Shown in pieces: positions 18,641-26,734 of a stretch of 64,000 bases of DNA; positions within the stretch are counted from its first letter, which is position 1, and each line of letters starts with the position of its first letter. The notes beneath the pieces were generated by a model that had not been told where the DNA came from, searched no databases, and worked only from the letters and a program-made list of their open reading frames with translations. Position numbers and translations under genes: made by a program. Location: the NCBI RefSeq assembly GCF_046297895.1, contig NZ_JBKBHC010000009.1, positions 118,643-182,642 on the forward strand. Reading direction: 5' to 3'. The DNA is from Ferrovibrio sp. (lineage in GTDB: Bacteria; Pseudomonadota; Alphaproteobacteria; Ferrovibrionales; Ferrovibrionaceae).

Positions 18641-20564
18641 CTGCGGAGCGTCCCTTGGCGGCGAACAGCCCGCGTGGCCGTTTCTGGATGAACAGGATGA
18701 TGCAGACCAGCACGACCACCTTGCCCAGCACGGCGCCGGCCACCGGTTCCAGCAGCTTGTTGACGATGCCCAGCGTCAGTGCCCCGACCAGCGTGCCCAT
18801 CAGGTTGCCGACGCCACCAAACACCACGACCAGAAAGCTGTCGACGATGTAGATGGTGCCGAGATTGGGCGAGACATTGCCGATCTGGCTCAAGGCCACG
18901 CCGGCCATGCCCGCGATGCCCGACCCCAGGCCAAAGGTCAGCGCGTCGATGCGGGCGGTGGGAATGCCCATCACATCTGCCATAGCGCGGTTCTGCGTCA
19001 CCGCGCGCATGTGCAGGCCAAAGCTGGTTCTGCGCAGAATCAGCGCGATTAGTCCCAGCACGGCGAAGCAGAAGACGATGATGTAGATGCGGTTCCAAGT
19101 GATGGCAAAGCCGCCGGCAATTTCCAGCGCGCCGGTCATCCATTCGGGATTGGCGACTTCCTTGTTCGGGGCACCGAAGATGGCACGCACCGCCTGCTGC
19201 AGGATCAGGCTGATGCCCCAGGTGGCCAGCATGGTTTCCAGCGGCCGGCCATAGAGAAACCGGATCACGCTGCGCTCCAGCGCGATACCCACCAGGGCCG
19301 CCACCAGGAAGGCGACCGGCAAGGCGGCAATCAGGTAACCGCCGATCCAGCCGGGTGGCAGAAAGGCGCGGAAGATTTCCTGCGTCACATATGCCGAGTA
19401 GGCCCCCAGCATGATCATCTCGCCATGGGCCATGTTGATGATACCCATCACGCCGAAGGTGATGGCGAGCCCGACGGCAGCCAGCAGCAGCACAGAACCG
19501 AGCGAAATGCCCTGCACCAGGTTTTCGGCATAGCCATAAAGCTGGAGCTTGAACTGCAGTTTGCCAAAAGCCGCGTTCAATGCCGCCTTCACATCCGGAT
19601 CGCTCTCCTGGTTCAATCGCGCCTGCAGCTGGGCGCGTACCCGCAGGTCGGAGGAGCCGCTCAGCGTCTGGATCGCCAGCAGGCGCCGAGTCTTGTCGGC
19701 ATCGGCCAGATCGACAGCGGCCAGGCTGAGGGCCATGGCCTGCTTGGCGTCGCCATTGGTCTCTCTTGCATGGGCCTCGCGCAGAAGGGTAATGGCGTCC
19801 GGGGTGGCGCCATCGAGCAGCGCGTTCGCCGCCGCGCGGCGCTGGGCCGGATCGGGACTGGACAAACCGAGCCGGCCGACCGCCTGGCGCAGCACGTTTC
19901 GCAGATTGTTGTTGACAAAGATCACGTCCAGATCGCCCGACGACACGATGCCGAGTTTCTCCTGCGTCACCGCATCGGTCAGCGCCTGGTCGTTGCCGCT
20001 GACATTGCCGATCACCACGGCGCCGTCGCTCTTGCGCTGGAACAGCCGGCCATCCGCCAAGGCGCGGAACACAGGAATGGCACGCGGATCATTCAGTTCG
20101 GTCAGGGCATCGATCGCCTTGGCCTTGTCGGCAAAATTGTCCGCCTTCAGTGCAGTTATAGCCCCGGCAAAGTCGAGTGGCCCGGATTTCTGCGCTGCGC
20201 CAGCATCGCCAAGCAGCGCGCGGGCATCGTCGGACAATGCGATTGGCTGCAGGTCTTCTGGCCGGGCCATGTCTTCGATGTCGCCGGTGGCGGCATTGGT
20301 GACGACGATCATCTCGCCGTCCTTCTCGCCAAGCACCACGGCATTGTCTGCCAGCCGCAGATAGAGCCTGCCCTGGGCCAGCGCGGCCAGGGCGGCCTTG
20401 GCTTTTTCGTCGTCGCTGGCGACGAGCGCCGCGATGGCGGGCCTGGGATCGCTTTCAGCCAGGCCGGCCAGCGTATCGGCCAGAGTCTGGGCATGGGCGG
20501 GCCGCATCACGGCCAGCAGCGCCAGCATCAGCGCGACCATCACGATAGGCAGGAAACGGTTCAT
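18633..20564 (-). CDS. urtB: Urea ABC transporter permease with extended, internally duplicated N-terminal periplasmic region
   Basis: GLAITFGVMGIINMAHGE, LYGRPLETMLATWG, QKRPRGLF; signal-like N-terminus MNRFLPIVMVALMLALL. Confidence 0.9.
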   Translation of the reverse strand: MNRFLPIVMVALMLALLAVMRPAHAQTLADTLAGLAESDPRPAIAALVASDDEKAKAALAALAQGRLYLRLADNAVVLGEKDGEMIVVTNAATGDIEDMARPEDLQPIALSDDARALLGDAGAAQKSGPLDFAGAITALKADNFADKAKAIDALTELNDPRAIPVFRALADGRLFQRKSDGAVVIGNVSGNDQALTDAVTQEKLGIVSSGDLDVIFVNNNLRNVLRQAVGRLGLSSPDPAQRRAAANALLDGATPDAITLLREAHARETNGDAKQAMALSLAAVDLADADKTRRLLAIQTLSGSSDLRVRAQLQARLNQESDPDVKAALNAAFGKLQFKLQLYGYAENLVQGISLGSVLLLAAVGLAITFGVMGIINMAHGEMIMLGAYSAYVTQEIFRAFLPPGWIGGYLIAALPVAFLVAALVGIALERSVIRFLYGRPLETMLATWGISLILQQAVRAIFGAPNKEVANPEWMTGALEIAGGFAITWNRIYIIVFCFAVLGLIALILRRTSFGLHMRAVTQNRAMADVMGIPTARIDALTFGLGSGIAGMAGVALSQIGNVSPNLGTIYIVDSFLVVVFGGVGNLMGTLVGALTLGIVNKLLEPVAGAVLGKVVVLVCIILFIQKRPRGLFAAKGRSADA

Positions 20565-20706
20565 CGACACCAGATGCTCTGCGAGTTTTGAAGACGGAAC
20601 GGTTTTTATGATTGTTCTGGCAACGGAGTCTGTCTTGAGGGCGGTGCCGGCCCCTTCCCGCGTTGCAAAACGTAGGAAGGGGCCGATCGCCATTACGTCA
20701 CGCCGC

Positions 20707-21999
20707 TCAGTTGGTCAGCGCCGCGTATTTCGGCTTCTCGCAGTTCCCGCAAACCCACGGGAAAGTCCAGTCCGCGGTCAGCTTGGCGCTTTCCGGGATA
20801 TATTTCGACCAGGCGTCAGCCTTCACCGGGCCCTTGGTCTGCCAGACGATGTTGAACTGGCCGTCCGGGCGGATCTCGCCGATCATCACCGGCTTGGACA
20901 GGTGATGGTTGGTGTTCATCACCGCGGTGAAACCCGACGGCGCCTTGACCTTCTGGCCATACATGGCCTGCCGCACGGCATCCACATTGGTGGTGCCTGC
21001 CTGGGCAACGGCCTGCGCCCACATCTTGAAGCCGATATAGGTGGCTTCCATCGGGTCGTTGGTGACGCGCTTGTCGTTCTTGATGAAGGTCTTCCACTGC
21101 TTGATGAAAGCGTCGTTGACCGGGTTCTTCACCGACTGGAAATAGTTCCAGGCGGCCAGATGGCCGACCAGGTTCTTGGTGTCGATGCCGGCCAGTTCTT
21201 CCTCGCCGACCGAGAAGGCCACCACCGGGATGTCGGAGGCCTTGATGCCCGCGTTGGCCAGTTCCTTGTAGAACGGCACGTTGGCATCGCCGTTGATGGT
21301 GGAGACCACGGCGGTCTTCTTGCCGGCCGAGGCGAACTTCTTGATATCCGCCACGATGGTCTGCCAGTCGCTGTGACCAAACGGCGTGTAGTTGATCATG
21401 ATGTCTTCCTGCTTCACGCCTTTCGACTTCAGGAAGGCCTCAAGAATCTTGTTGGTGGTGCGCGGATAGACGTAGTCGGTGCCGGCCAGGACCCAGCGCT
21501 TCACCTCGCCGCCGTCCTTGCCCATCAGGTATTCCACCGCCGGGATGGCCTGCTGGTTCGGCGCGGCACCGGTGTAGAACACGTTCTTCGAGCTTTCCTC
21601 GCCCTCATACTGGACGGGGTAGAACAGCATGCTGTTCAGTTCCTCGAAAACCGGCAGCACGGACTTGCGCGACACCGAGGTCCAGCAGCCGAACACCACC
21701 GCAACCTTTTCCTTCGAGATCAACTCGCGCGCCTTCTCGGCAAAGAGCGGCCAGTTGGAGGCCGGATCGACCACCACGGCCTCGACCTTCTTGCCGAGCA
21801 GGCCGCCCTTCTTGTTGATGTCGTCGACCATCATCAGGACGGTGTCCTTCAGGGTCGTCTCCGAGATGGCCATGGTGCCGGACAGCGAATGCAGGACGCC
21901 GACCTTGATCGTCTCCTGCGCCTGGGCGCCCTGGCTGGCAAAGGCGGCCGCCCCAAGCATCGCGCCTGCTGCGGCCACGGTCCGCATGAATTTGCTCAT
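20707..21999 (-). CDS. urtA: Urea ABC transporter substrate-binding protein
   Basis: IKVGVLHSLSGTMAISE, FGCWTSVSRKSVLP, YPVQYEGEE, GTDYVYPRTTN; signal peptide. Confidence 0.95.
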   Translation of the reverse strand: MSKFMRTVAAAGAMLGAAAFASQGAQAQETIKVGVLHSLSGTMAISETTLKDTVLMMVDDINKKGGLLGKKVEAVVVDPASNWPLFAEKARELISKEKVAVVFGCWTSVSRKSVLPVFEELNSMLFYPVQYEGEESSKNVFYTGAAPNQQAIPAVEYLMGKDGGEVKRWVLAGTDYVYPRTTNKILEAFLKSKGVKQEDIMINYTPFGHSDWQTIVADIKKFASAGKKTAVVSTINGDANVPFYKELANAGIKASDIPVVAFSVGEEELAGIDTKNLVGHLAAWNYFQSVKNPVNDAFIKQWKTFIKNDKRVTNDPMEATYIGFKMWAQAVAQAGTTNVDAVRQAMYGQKVKAPSGFTAVMNTNHHLSKPVMIGEIRPDGQFNIVWQTKGPVKADAWSKYIPESAKLTADWTFPWVCGNCEKPKYAALTN

Positions 22000-22061
22000 T
22001 CTCTTCCTCTCCTGCTTTGGGTCTGGCCCCCCCATGGGCTCAGCCGCACAGGTCAGGATTG

Positions 22062-22077
22062 GCAAGGAGCGTGCCAA
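22062..22077 (-). promoter_or_regulatory. Sigma54 (-24/-12) promoter of the urtA-ureG operon
   Basis: Minus strand reads TTGGCAC-GCTCC-TTGC, the canonical TGGCAC-N5-TTGC spacing, about 60 nt upstream of the urtA ATG. Confidence 0.85.
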
Positions 22078-22218
22078 GGCCGGAATGTCGTTAGGGCATG
22101 ATCCGATACCTTGGATAATGCGCTGATTCCGCGCCGCAATATGACAGGGCCCGGTTTGTGGATGGATTACTACCCGGATGATTCCACAGCGATCTTGTGA
22201 ACTACTTGGCCGCGCAGT

Positions 22219-22286
22219 TGCCTATATTTTAATCCAATACCACTTAAAAACAGGCAGAGATCAAAATTCAGGCAGAGAAACAGGCC
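22219..22286. promoter_or_regulatory. Candidate NtrC-type enhancer region
   Basis: AT-rich tract with TGCCT followed by a T-run and repeated AGGCA half-sites after A-runs (22252, 22270), 140-210 bp upstream of the sigma54 site. Confidence 0.35.
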
Positions 22287-22302
22287 GGGTAGCGCAACAC
22301 CA

Positions 22303-23190
22303 TCAGAAATGCCAATGCCGTGGCATGGCCGCCACCCGGCCCAGACCGGGGCGCAGGGCAGCCCATAACAGGCCGAAATGGCGACGCAAGCGGGCGGGTT
22401 CACGATCAAGCAGCCGCAGCAGCAGCAAATCTTCGATCACCGTAACGGCCCATAGGCTGCCCTCAGGCAGCGCATTTGCAGGCAGCAGATCGCGCAACCG
22501 GTCTCGCGCAGCCGCCGGTTCAGGCAAGCGGGCCAGAATCAGGCCCTGAGCCACGGCGCCATCGAAGCCGGCCGAATGGTGCAATGCCGGCAGGCCGGGC
22601 TCGTCCAGCCTGGCGGCATCATGCCAGATCAGGCGACCATCATGCCGCAGCTGCCAGCGATCGAACAGCGCGCCGGCGTCGAAACGCTCGCCGCGCGCAA
22701 TCCGTCCGAATACGGTGATGTCGCCGGCCAGCAGCCGCGCATCATGCTGCAGATCGATTCCGACATCGCGGCGCAACCGCGCGCCAGCGAACAGTATGGT
22801 CTCCTGCGGCAGCCATTCCAGCACTGCGCCGGCCTCGACCGAAAGCGCGATGGCGATATCGGCCGCCTGGCTGCCGGTCTCGGCGCGGTAGATCTTTTCA
22901 GCAGCCTGCGGCGTGCACAATGCATCCGCACCCGCCGCCACGCTGACGCCCAGCCGCAGACGGTCGCCGCCGGTGAGGCCGCCGGCGGTGGTGACCAGCA
23001 CCGCCGTGAAAGCCTCGCCTGGATCAGGCGCCGGCATCAGGGCGCGGCAGGGGTCATGCTGGTAGAGATCGGCGATGCGGCTGAGTCGGCCGGTCGCGCC
23101 CATTGCCATGGCCGGCGGCGCGATGCGCAGTTCCAGCACGCCATCAGCCCTCTGAAGGCGCGGCGCATCACCGGTAATCGCCGCCGCCAT
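22303..23190 (-). CDS. ureD: Urease accessory protein UreD
   Basis: LYQHDPCR, TTAGGLTGGDRL, TPQAAEKIYRA, LEWLPQETILF, FGRIARGE, AMPRHWH. Confidence 0.93.
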   Translation of the reverse strand: MAAAITGDAPRLQRADGVLELRIAPPAMAMGATGRLSRIADLYQHDPCRALMPAPDPGEAFTAVLVTTAGGLTGGDRLRLGVSVAAGADALCTPQAAEKIYRAETGSQAADIAIALSVEAGAVLEWLPQETILFAGARLRRDVGIDLQHDARLLAGDITVFGRIARGERFDAGALFDRWQLRHDGRLIWHDAARLDEPGLPALHHSAGFDGAVAQGLILARLPEPAAARDRLRDLLPANALPEGSLWAVTVIEDLLLLRLLDREPARLRRHFGLLWAALRPGLGRVAAMPRHWHF

Positions 23191-23196
23191 GGCGGA

Positions 23197-23751
23197 TCAG
23201 AGCAGATCGGGCTGGTCGGCCAGCATCGGCTGGTCGACATCCTCGGCCGGCACGACCGCATCGGCCGGCCGCACCGGCCATGCCAGCCCCAGCGCCGGGT
23301 CGCGCCAGTTGATGCCGCGCTCCAGTTCAGGCTCGAAGCTGGCGCTGGTCTTGACCAAAACCTCCACTGCCGGCTCCAGACTGCACCAGCCGAGGGCGAA
23401 TCCCTGCATGGCATAGAGCTGCTCGGCGCCCATGTAGGAAATCACGGCCTGCATTGCCCGGCCAAAGGTGGAAGAGGATTTACGCACATCGATGGCGACG
23501 ACATGGATGCTGCCGCGCAGCACGCGCACCAGCATGGCCTGGGTGCCGGGGGCGATCTGGTACCGCGGGCCGCGCACCGTGCCGATCTTGTCGGCATAAT
23601 GGATATAGTCTTCCACGAAACGGTCATGGATGCCGATCTGGCCCATATGCTGCTCGCTGTAGATCGGACTCGACCAGCCCTCGCCCAGCATCAGGGTGGG
23701 CGCGCGCATCAGCAGGCAACCGGGCAGGACGGGTTGGGCGATCTGGAACAT
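23197..23751 (-). CDS. RmlC/RfbC-like cupin (dTDP-sugar epimerase family), catalytic residues substituted
   Basis: GTVRGPRYQ, MLVRVLRGSIHVVAIDVRKSSSTFG, ERGINWRDPALGLAWP match the RmlC scaffold. Confidence 0.75.
   Translation of the reverse strand: MFQIAQPVLPGCLLMRAPTLMLGEGWSSPIYSEQHMGQIGIHDRFVEDYIHYADKIGTVRGPRYQIAPGTQAMLVRVLRGSIHVVAIDVRKSSSTFGRAMQAVISYMGAEQLYAMQGFALGWCSLEPAVEVLVKTSASFEPELERGINWRDPALGLAWPVRPADAVVPAEDVDQPMLADQPDLL
23278..23374. repeat. Direct repeat copy 1 (inside the RmlC-like gene)
   Basis: 97 bp matching 25798-25894 with 8 mismatches by manual alignment. Confidence 0.92.
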
Positions 23752-23768
23752 GGCGGGCCGGACAAAAA

Positions 23769-23799
23769 GATAAGGGCCCTCATCATCGATAAGGGCCCT
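23769..23799 (-). terminator. Possible terminator or operator between the autotransporter and RmlC-like genes
   Basis: GATAAGGGCCCT occurs twice (23769-23780, 23788-23799); the AGGGCCCT palindromes can pair and are followed by TATCTTTTT on the minus strand. Confidence 0.35.
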
Positions 23800-23834
23800 G
23801 CTCTTGGCAAGACGCAGGAACGTCTCACCTCATA

Positions 23835-25442
23835 TTACGGACAGGTCGTGCCGTTGGTGAAACCGATGCTGCCACTGGCCGGTGTGCCGTTGCAGGCGCC
23901 GGAGCCGCGAATATTGCCGGTCGAGCCGGCATTGATGACGGTTCCGGCACCGACCCACACCATATTGTTTGTCGTGCCGCCTGAAGCACTGATGCTGTTG
24001 TTCGCCACCGTTATGGAGGGGGAGCCGACATTCGCGGCCAACGCCGTGATCGTCGTGGCCGCCCCACTGCCGGTTGCCGTGAGCGTATTGCCGCGCACCA
24101 CGGCACTGACGTTATTGCCAAGCGTCAAGGCAACGCCCCCATTGGCGCCACTCTGGGTCACGGTGATCGTATTGTTGCTGATCGTTGCGTTGCTCACGCC
24201 ATCCGCAACCAAGACAGCGCGACCGCCGGTGCCGCCACTGAAGGCATTGGTGACCGTCAGGTTGGAGACCGTGCCCCCGCTATTGACCTGAACCGTGGAC
24301 CCCAGGTTGCTGGCATTGACCGTTGCGCCGGTACTGACCGAGGCGAGGCGACCCGAGGCGCTACGCACCGTGACGGCACCGGTCAGCGTCTGGCCGGTGG
24401 CCAGGCTGACGGTGTTGGTCGTGTTGAATGTGCCGGACAGCAGGACCGTTGAATTGTTGCCGGCATTGGTGACGGCCGTAGCGAGGTTGGCGCCGCTGGT
24501 GCTGGCGCTGTTCAGCACTGTAAGACTGCCGCCATTGGCCGTCTGCGTCGCCGTTTCAGGTGCGCCGAAGGCACCTGACCGGCTGACGATATCGATGTCG
24601 CGCACCACCGGATCGGCCATGCGGCGCTCCATGGGCATGAGCTGCGACGCGCTCCTGCCGAAGCTCTGCAGCGGGATGCGCAGCCGGGCCGAGAGGAACC
24701 CCTGGCTGCCGCGCGGATCGTCATGCTGCCATTCCGCGCCCAGGCTGAGGCGCGCGCCGTCCCACAGGCCAGGCACCGCGTCGAACACCATTTCGGCCCG
24801 CAGGCGCGGGCCCTGTACGTCGGGCACGGCATCGTCGTCGCCGGTGAAACGGTAGCCGCCGGCATAAAGGCGGAGCTGCTGCGCTGCTTCCGAATCGAAG
24901 AAGGGCAGCCGCCAGCCGATTTCGGCATCGAAGCCGCTCAGGCTGCGCTCCTCGCCGCCGCGGAAGATCACGTTGGTGCCGGAAACCTCGGCGGTGTTGA
25001 GGGCATCGACCTGATGGCTGCGCCGCCCCTGCGGCAGATAGGCGTTGGCGCGCAGGTCCCAGTCCAGCGACAGGGCCTCGAAGCCCAGCGTCACCTGGCT
25101 GAAGTAATTCTCCAGCTCGCTCTTGCGGCGGTCGAAATAGGCATAGGCGCCGAGGTTCCAGCCGCTTTCCAGCATGTGGCGCAGGCCGAGGCCGAAATTG
25201 CCTTCCAGGCCGTCGCTGTCGTCCATGCGGGTGCGCAGGCTGGTGAACAGCAGGGTCGTGCCGTCCTGCGCCAGCGGGACGAACAGATCCGCCTCGCCCA
25301 GGTTGCGCTTGGTGCCTGTCTTGCCTTCAACATCGATATGCGGAGTCCATTTGGGCGCACGCTCGGCCGGCTGGCTCGTTGCTGCCGCAGGCAGCAGCAT
25401 GATCGCGATCGCAGCGATCGCGAGGCTCCCGACCCATTGCAT
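23835..25442 (-). CDS. Inverse autotransporter (intimin/invasin-type beta-barrel) with T/N/G/S-rich passenger
   Basis: Signal peptide, then amphipathic strands (NFGLGLRH, GAYAYFD, QVTLGFEAL, WDLRANAYLP, GFDAEIG) and a MERRMADPVVRDIDIV linker, then a beta-helix-like passenger ending in a Cys pair. Confidence 0.75.
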   Translation of the reverse strand: MQWVGSLAIAAIAIMLLPAAATSQPAERAPKWTPHIDVEGKTGTKRNLGEADLFVPLAQDGTTLLFTSLRTRMDDSDGLEGNFGLGLRHMLESGWNLGAYAYFDRRKSELENYFSQVTLGFEALSLDWDLRANAYLPQGRRSHQVDALNTAEVSGTNVIFRGGEERSLSGFDAEIGWRLPFFDSEAAQQLRLYAGGYRFTGDDDAVPDVQGPRLRAEMVFDAVPGLWDGARLSLGAEWQHDDPRGSQGFLSARLRIPLQSFGRSASQLMPMERRMADPVVRDIDIVSRSGAFGAPETATQTANGGSLTVLNSASTSGANLATAVTNAGNNSTVLLSGTFNTTNTVSLATGQTLTGAVTVRSASGRLASVSTGATVNASNLGSTVQVNSGGTVSNLTVTNAFSGGTGGRAVLVADGVSNATISNNTITVTQSGANGGVALTLGNNVSAVVRGNTLTATGSGAATTITALAANVGSPSITVANNSISASGGTTNNMVWVGAGTVINAGSTGNIRGSGACNGTPASGSIGFTNGTTCP

Positions 25443-25797
25443 ACGATGATAAGCCACTCCGCCGGCCCTCCCCAAGCCGCCGGATTCCCTCATTTTCCAC
25501 GATCCGGCCTGACCTTCATCGCCTCGCCGTCAGGCAGGGTCAAGTGATTTCGGCCAGCGGGAAGCCATACGAAGCCACCTGCAATTATGCGGAGGCCCCA
25601 CCACGCATCTCCTGTATGAATAGAAATGATAAAATCATTCATCCAGCAATTGCAGCCCGCATCAGCCACGACTCGACGGGTGCGGGGCCGTGCCGGTCAG
25701 GCCCCGTCAGGCAGGGCACATGTGGCATAATCAGGGAAATGGCGAATAGAAACACGTGCCGGCGCCTCGTCGTTGTCGAGCACTGTGGCGGAACTGA

Positions 25798-25894
25798 CCA
25801 TGCCAGCCCCAGCGCCAGGTCGCGCCAGTTGATGCTGCACTCCAGTTCAGGCTCGAAGCTGGCGCTGGTCTTGATCAGGACTTCTACTGCCGGC
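25798..25894 (-). pseudogene. Direct repeat copy 2: decayed 3' fragment of a second RmlC-like gene
   Basis: Encodes PAVEVLIKTSASFEPELECSINWRDLALGLAW versus PAVEVLVKTSASFEPELERGINWRDPALGLAW in copy 1; truncated just after the stop of the upstream isomerase gene. Confidence 0.8.
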
Positions 25895-25897
25895 GGT

Positions 25898-26734
25898 CTA
25901 GACGGCCGTGGCGTGCCGTTCCTTGCAGATGCGCAGCACCTCGTCGGCATCGCGCCGCCACCAGTTGCCTGCCGACATGATTTCGACCTCGCAGAAACCG
26001 TCATAACCCACGCCCTCCACCATGGCACGGATGGCGGGAATGTCGATCACGCCATCGCCCATCATGCCGCGGTCGAGCAGCAGGTCGGTGGTCGGTACCA
26101 GCCAGTCGCAGACATGGAAGGCCAGAACGCGCTTGGCCGCGCGCCCGATCTGCGCCGCCAGCGTCGGATCCCACCAGACATGATAGACATCGACGGCGAC
26201 GCCGAGATGGCGGTCATTCGGCCCTGAGCCCAGGCCGTCGCAGATGTCGAGCGCCTGGCCCAGCGTGTTCACGCAGGCACGGTCGGCGGCATACATGGGG
26301 TGCAGCGGCTCGATGGCCAGCGGCACACCGGCTGCCCTGGCATGCTCCAGCACGGCTGCGATGCCGTCCCGCACCTGGCTCCGCGCCCCGGCGATATCCT
26401 TGGACCCGGCCGGCATGCCGCCCACCACCAGCACCAGGCATTGCGCACCAAGGGCCGCTGCATCGTCTATGGCACGCTTGTTGTCCTCGATGGCGGCGGC
26501 ACGTCCGGCGGCATCGGCGGCAGGAAACATCCCGCCCCGACAGAGTCCGGTCACGGTCAGGCCGACATCGCGGATATGCTTCGCGGCCTTGGCGGTGGTG
26601 TATTCCGCCAGCTTGTCGCGCCAGGGCGAGATGCCAGTTATGCCGTGGCGCGCGCAGCCTTCGATACACTGCTGCAGCGACCACTGTTCTTTCACGGTCG
26701 CCGTATTGAGCGAGAGCGGACCTGGCTTCGTCAT
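25898..26734 (-). CDS. Sugar phosphate isomerase/epimerase (xylose isomerase-like TIM barrel, IolE/IolI-like)
   Basis: LSLNTAT, GLCRGGMFP, LAIEPLHPMYAADR, DVYHVWWDP, FHVCDW, GMMGDGVID, EVEI. Confidence 0.85.
   Translation of the reverse strand: MTKPGPLSLNTATVKEQWSLQQCIEGCARHGITGISPWRDKLAEYTTAKAAKHIRDVGLTVTGLCRGGMFPAADAAGRAAAIEDNKRAIDDAAALGAQCLVLVVGGMPAGSKDIAGARSQVRDGIAAVLEHARAAGVPLAIEPLHPMYAADRACVNTLGQALDICDGLGSGPNDRHLGVAVDVYHVWWDPTLAAQIGRAAKRVLAFHVCDWLVPTTDLLLDRGMMGDGVIDIPAIRAMVEGVGYDGFCEVEIMSAGNWWRRDADEVLRICKERHATAV

Noticed and set aside
23278-25894. IS, integron or prophage explanation for the direct repeat
   Set aside because: No transposase, integrase, terminal inverted repeats or tRNA target; the repeat is a coding fragment, so it is reported as a duplication only
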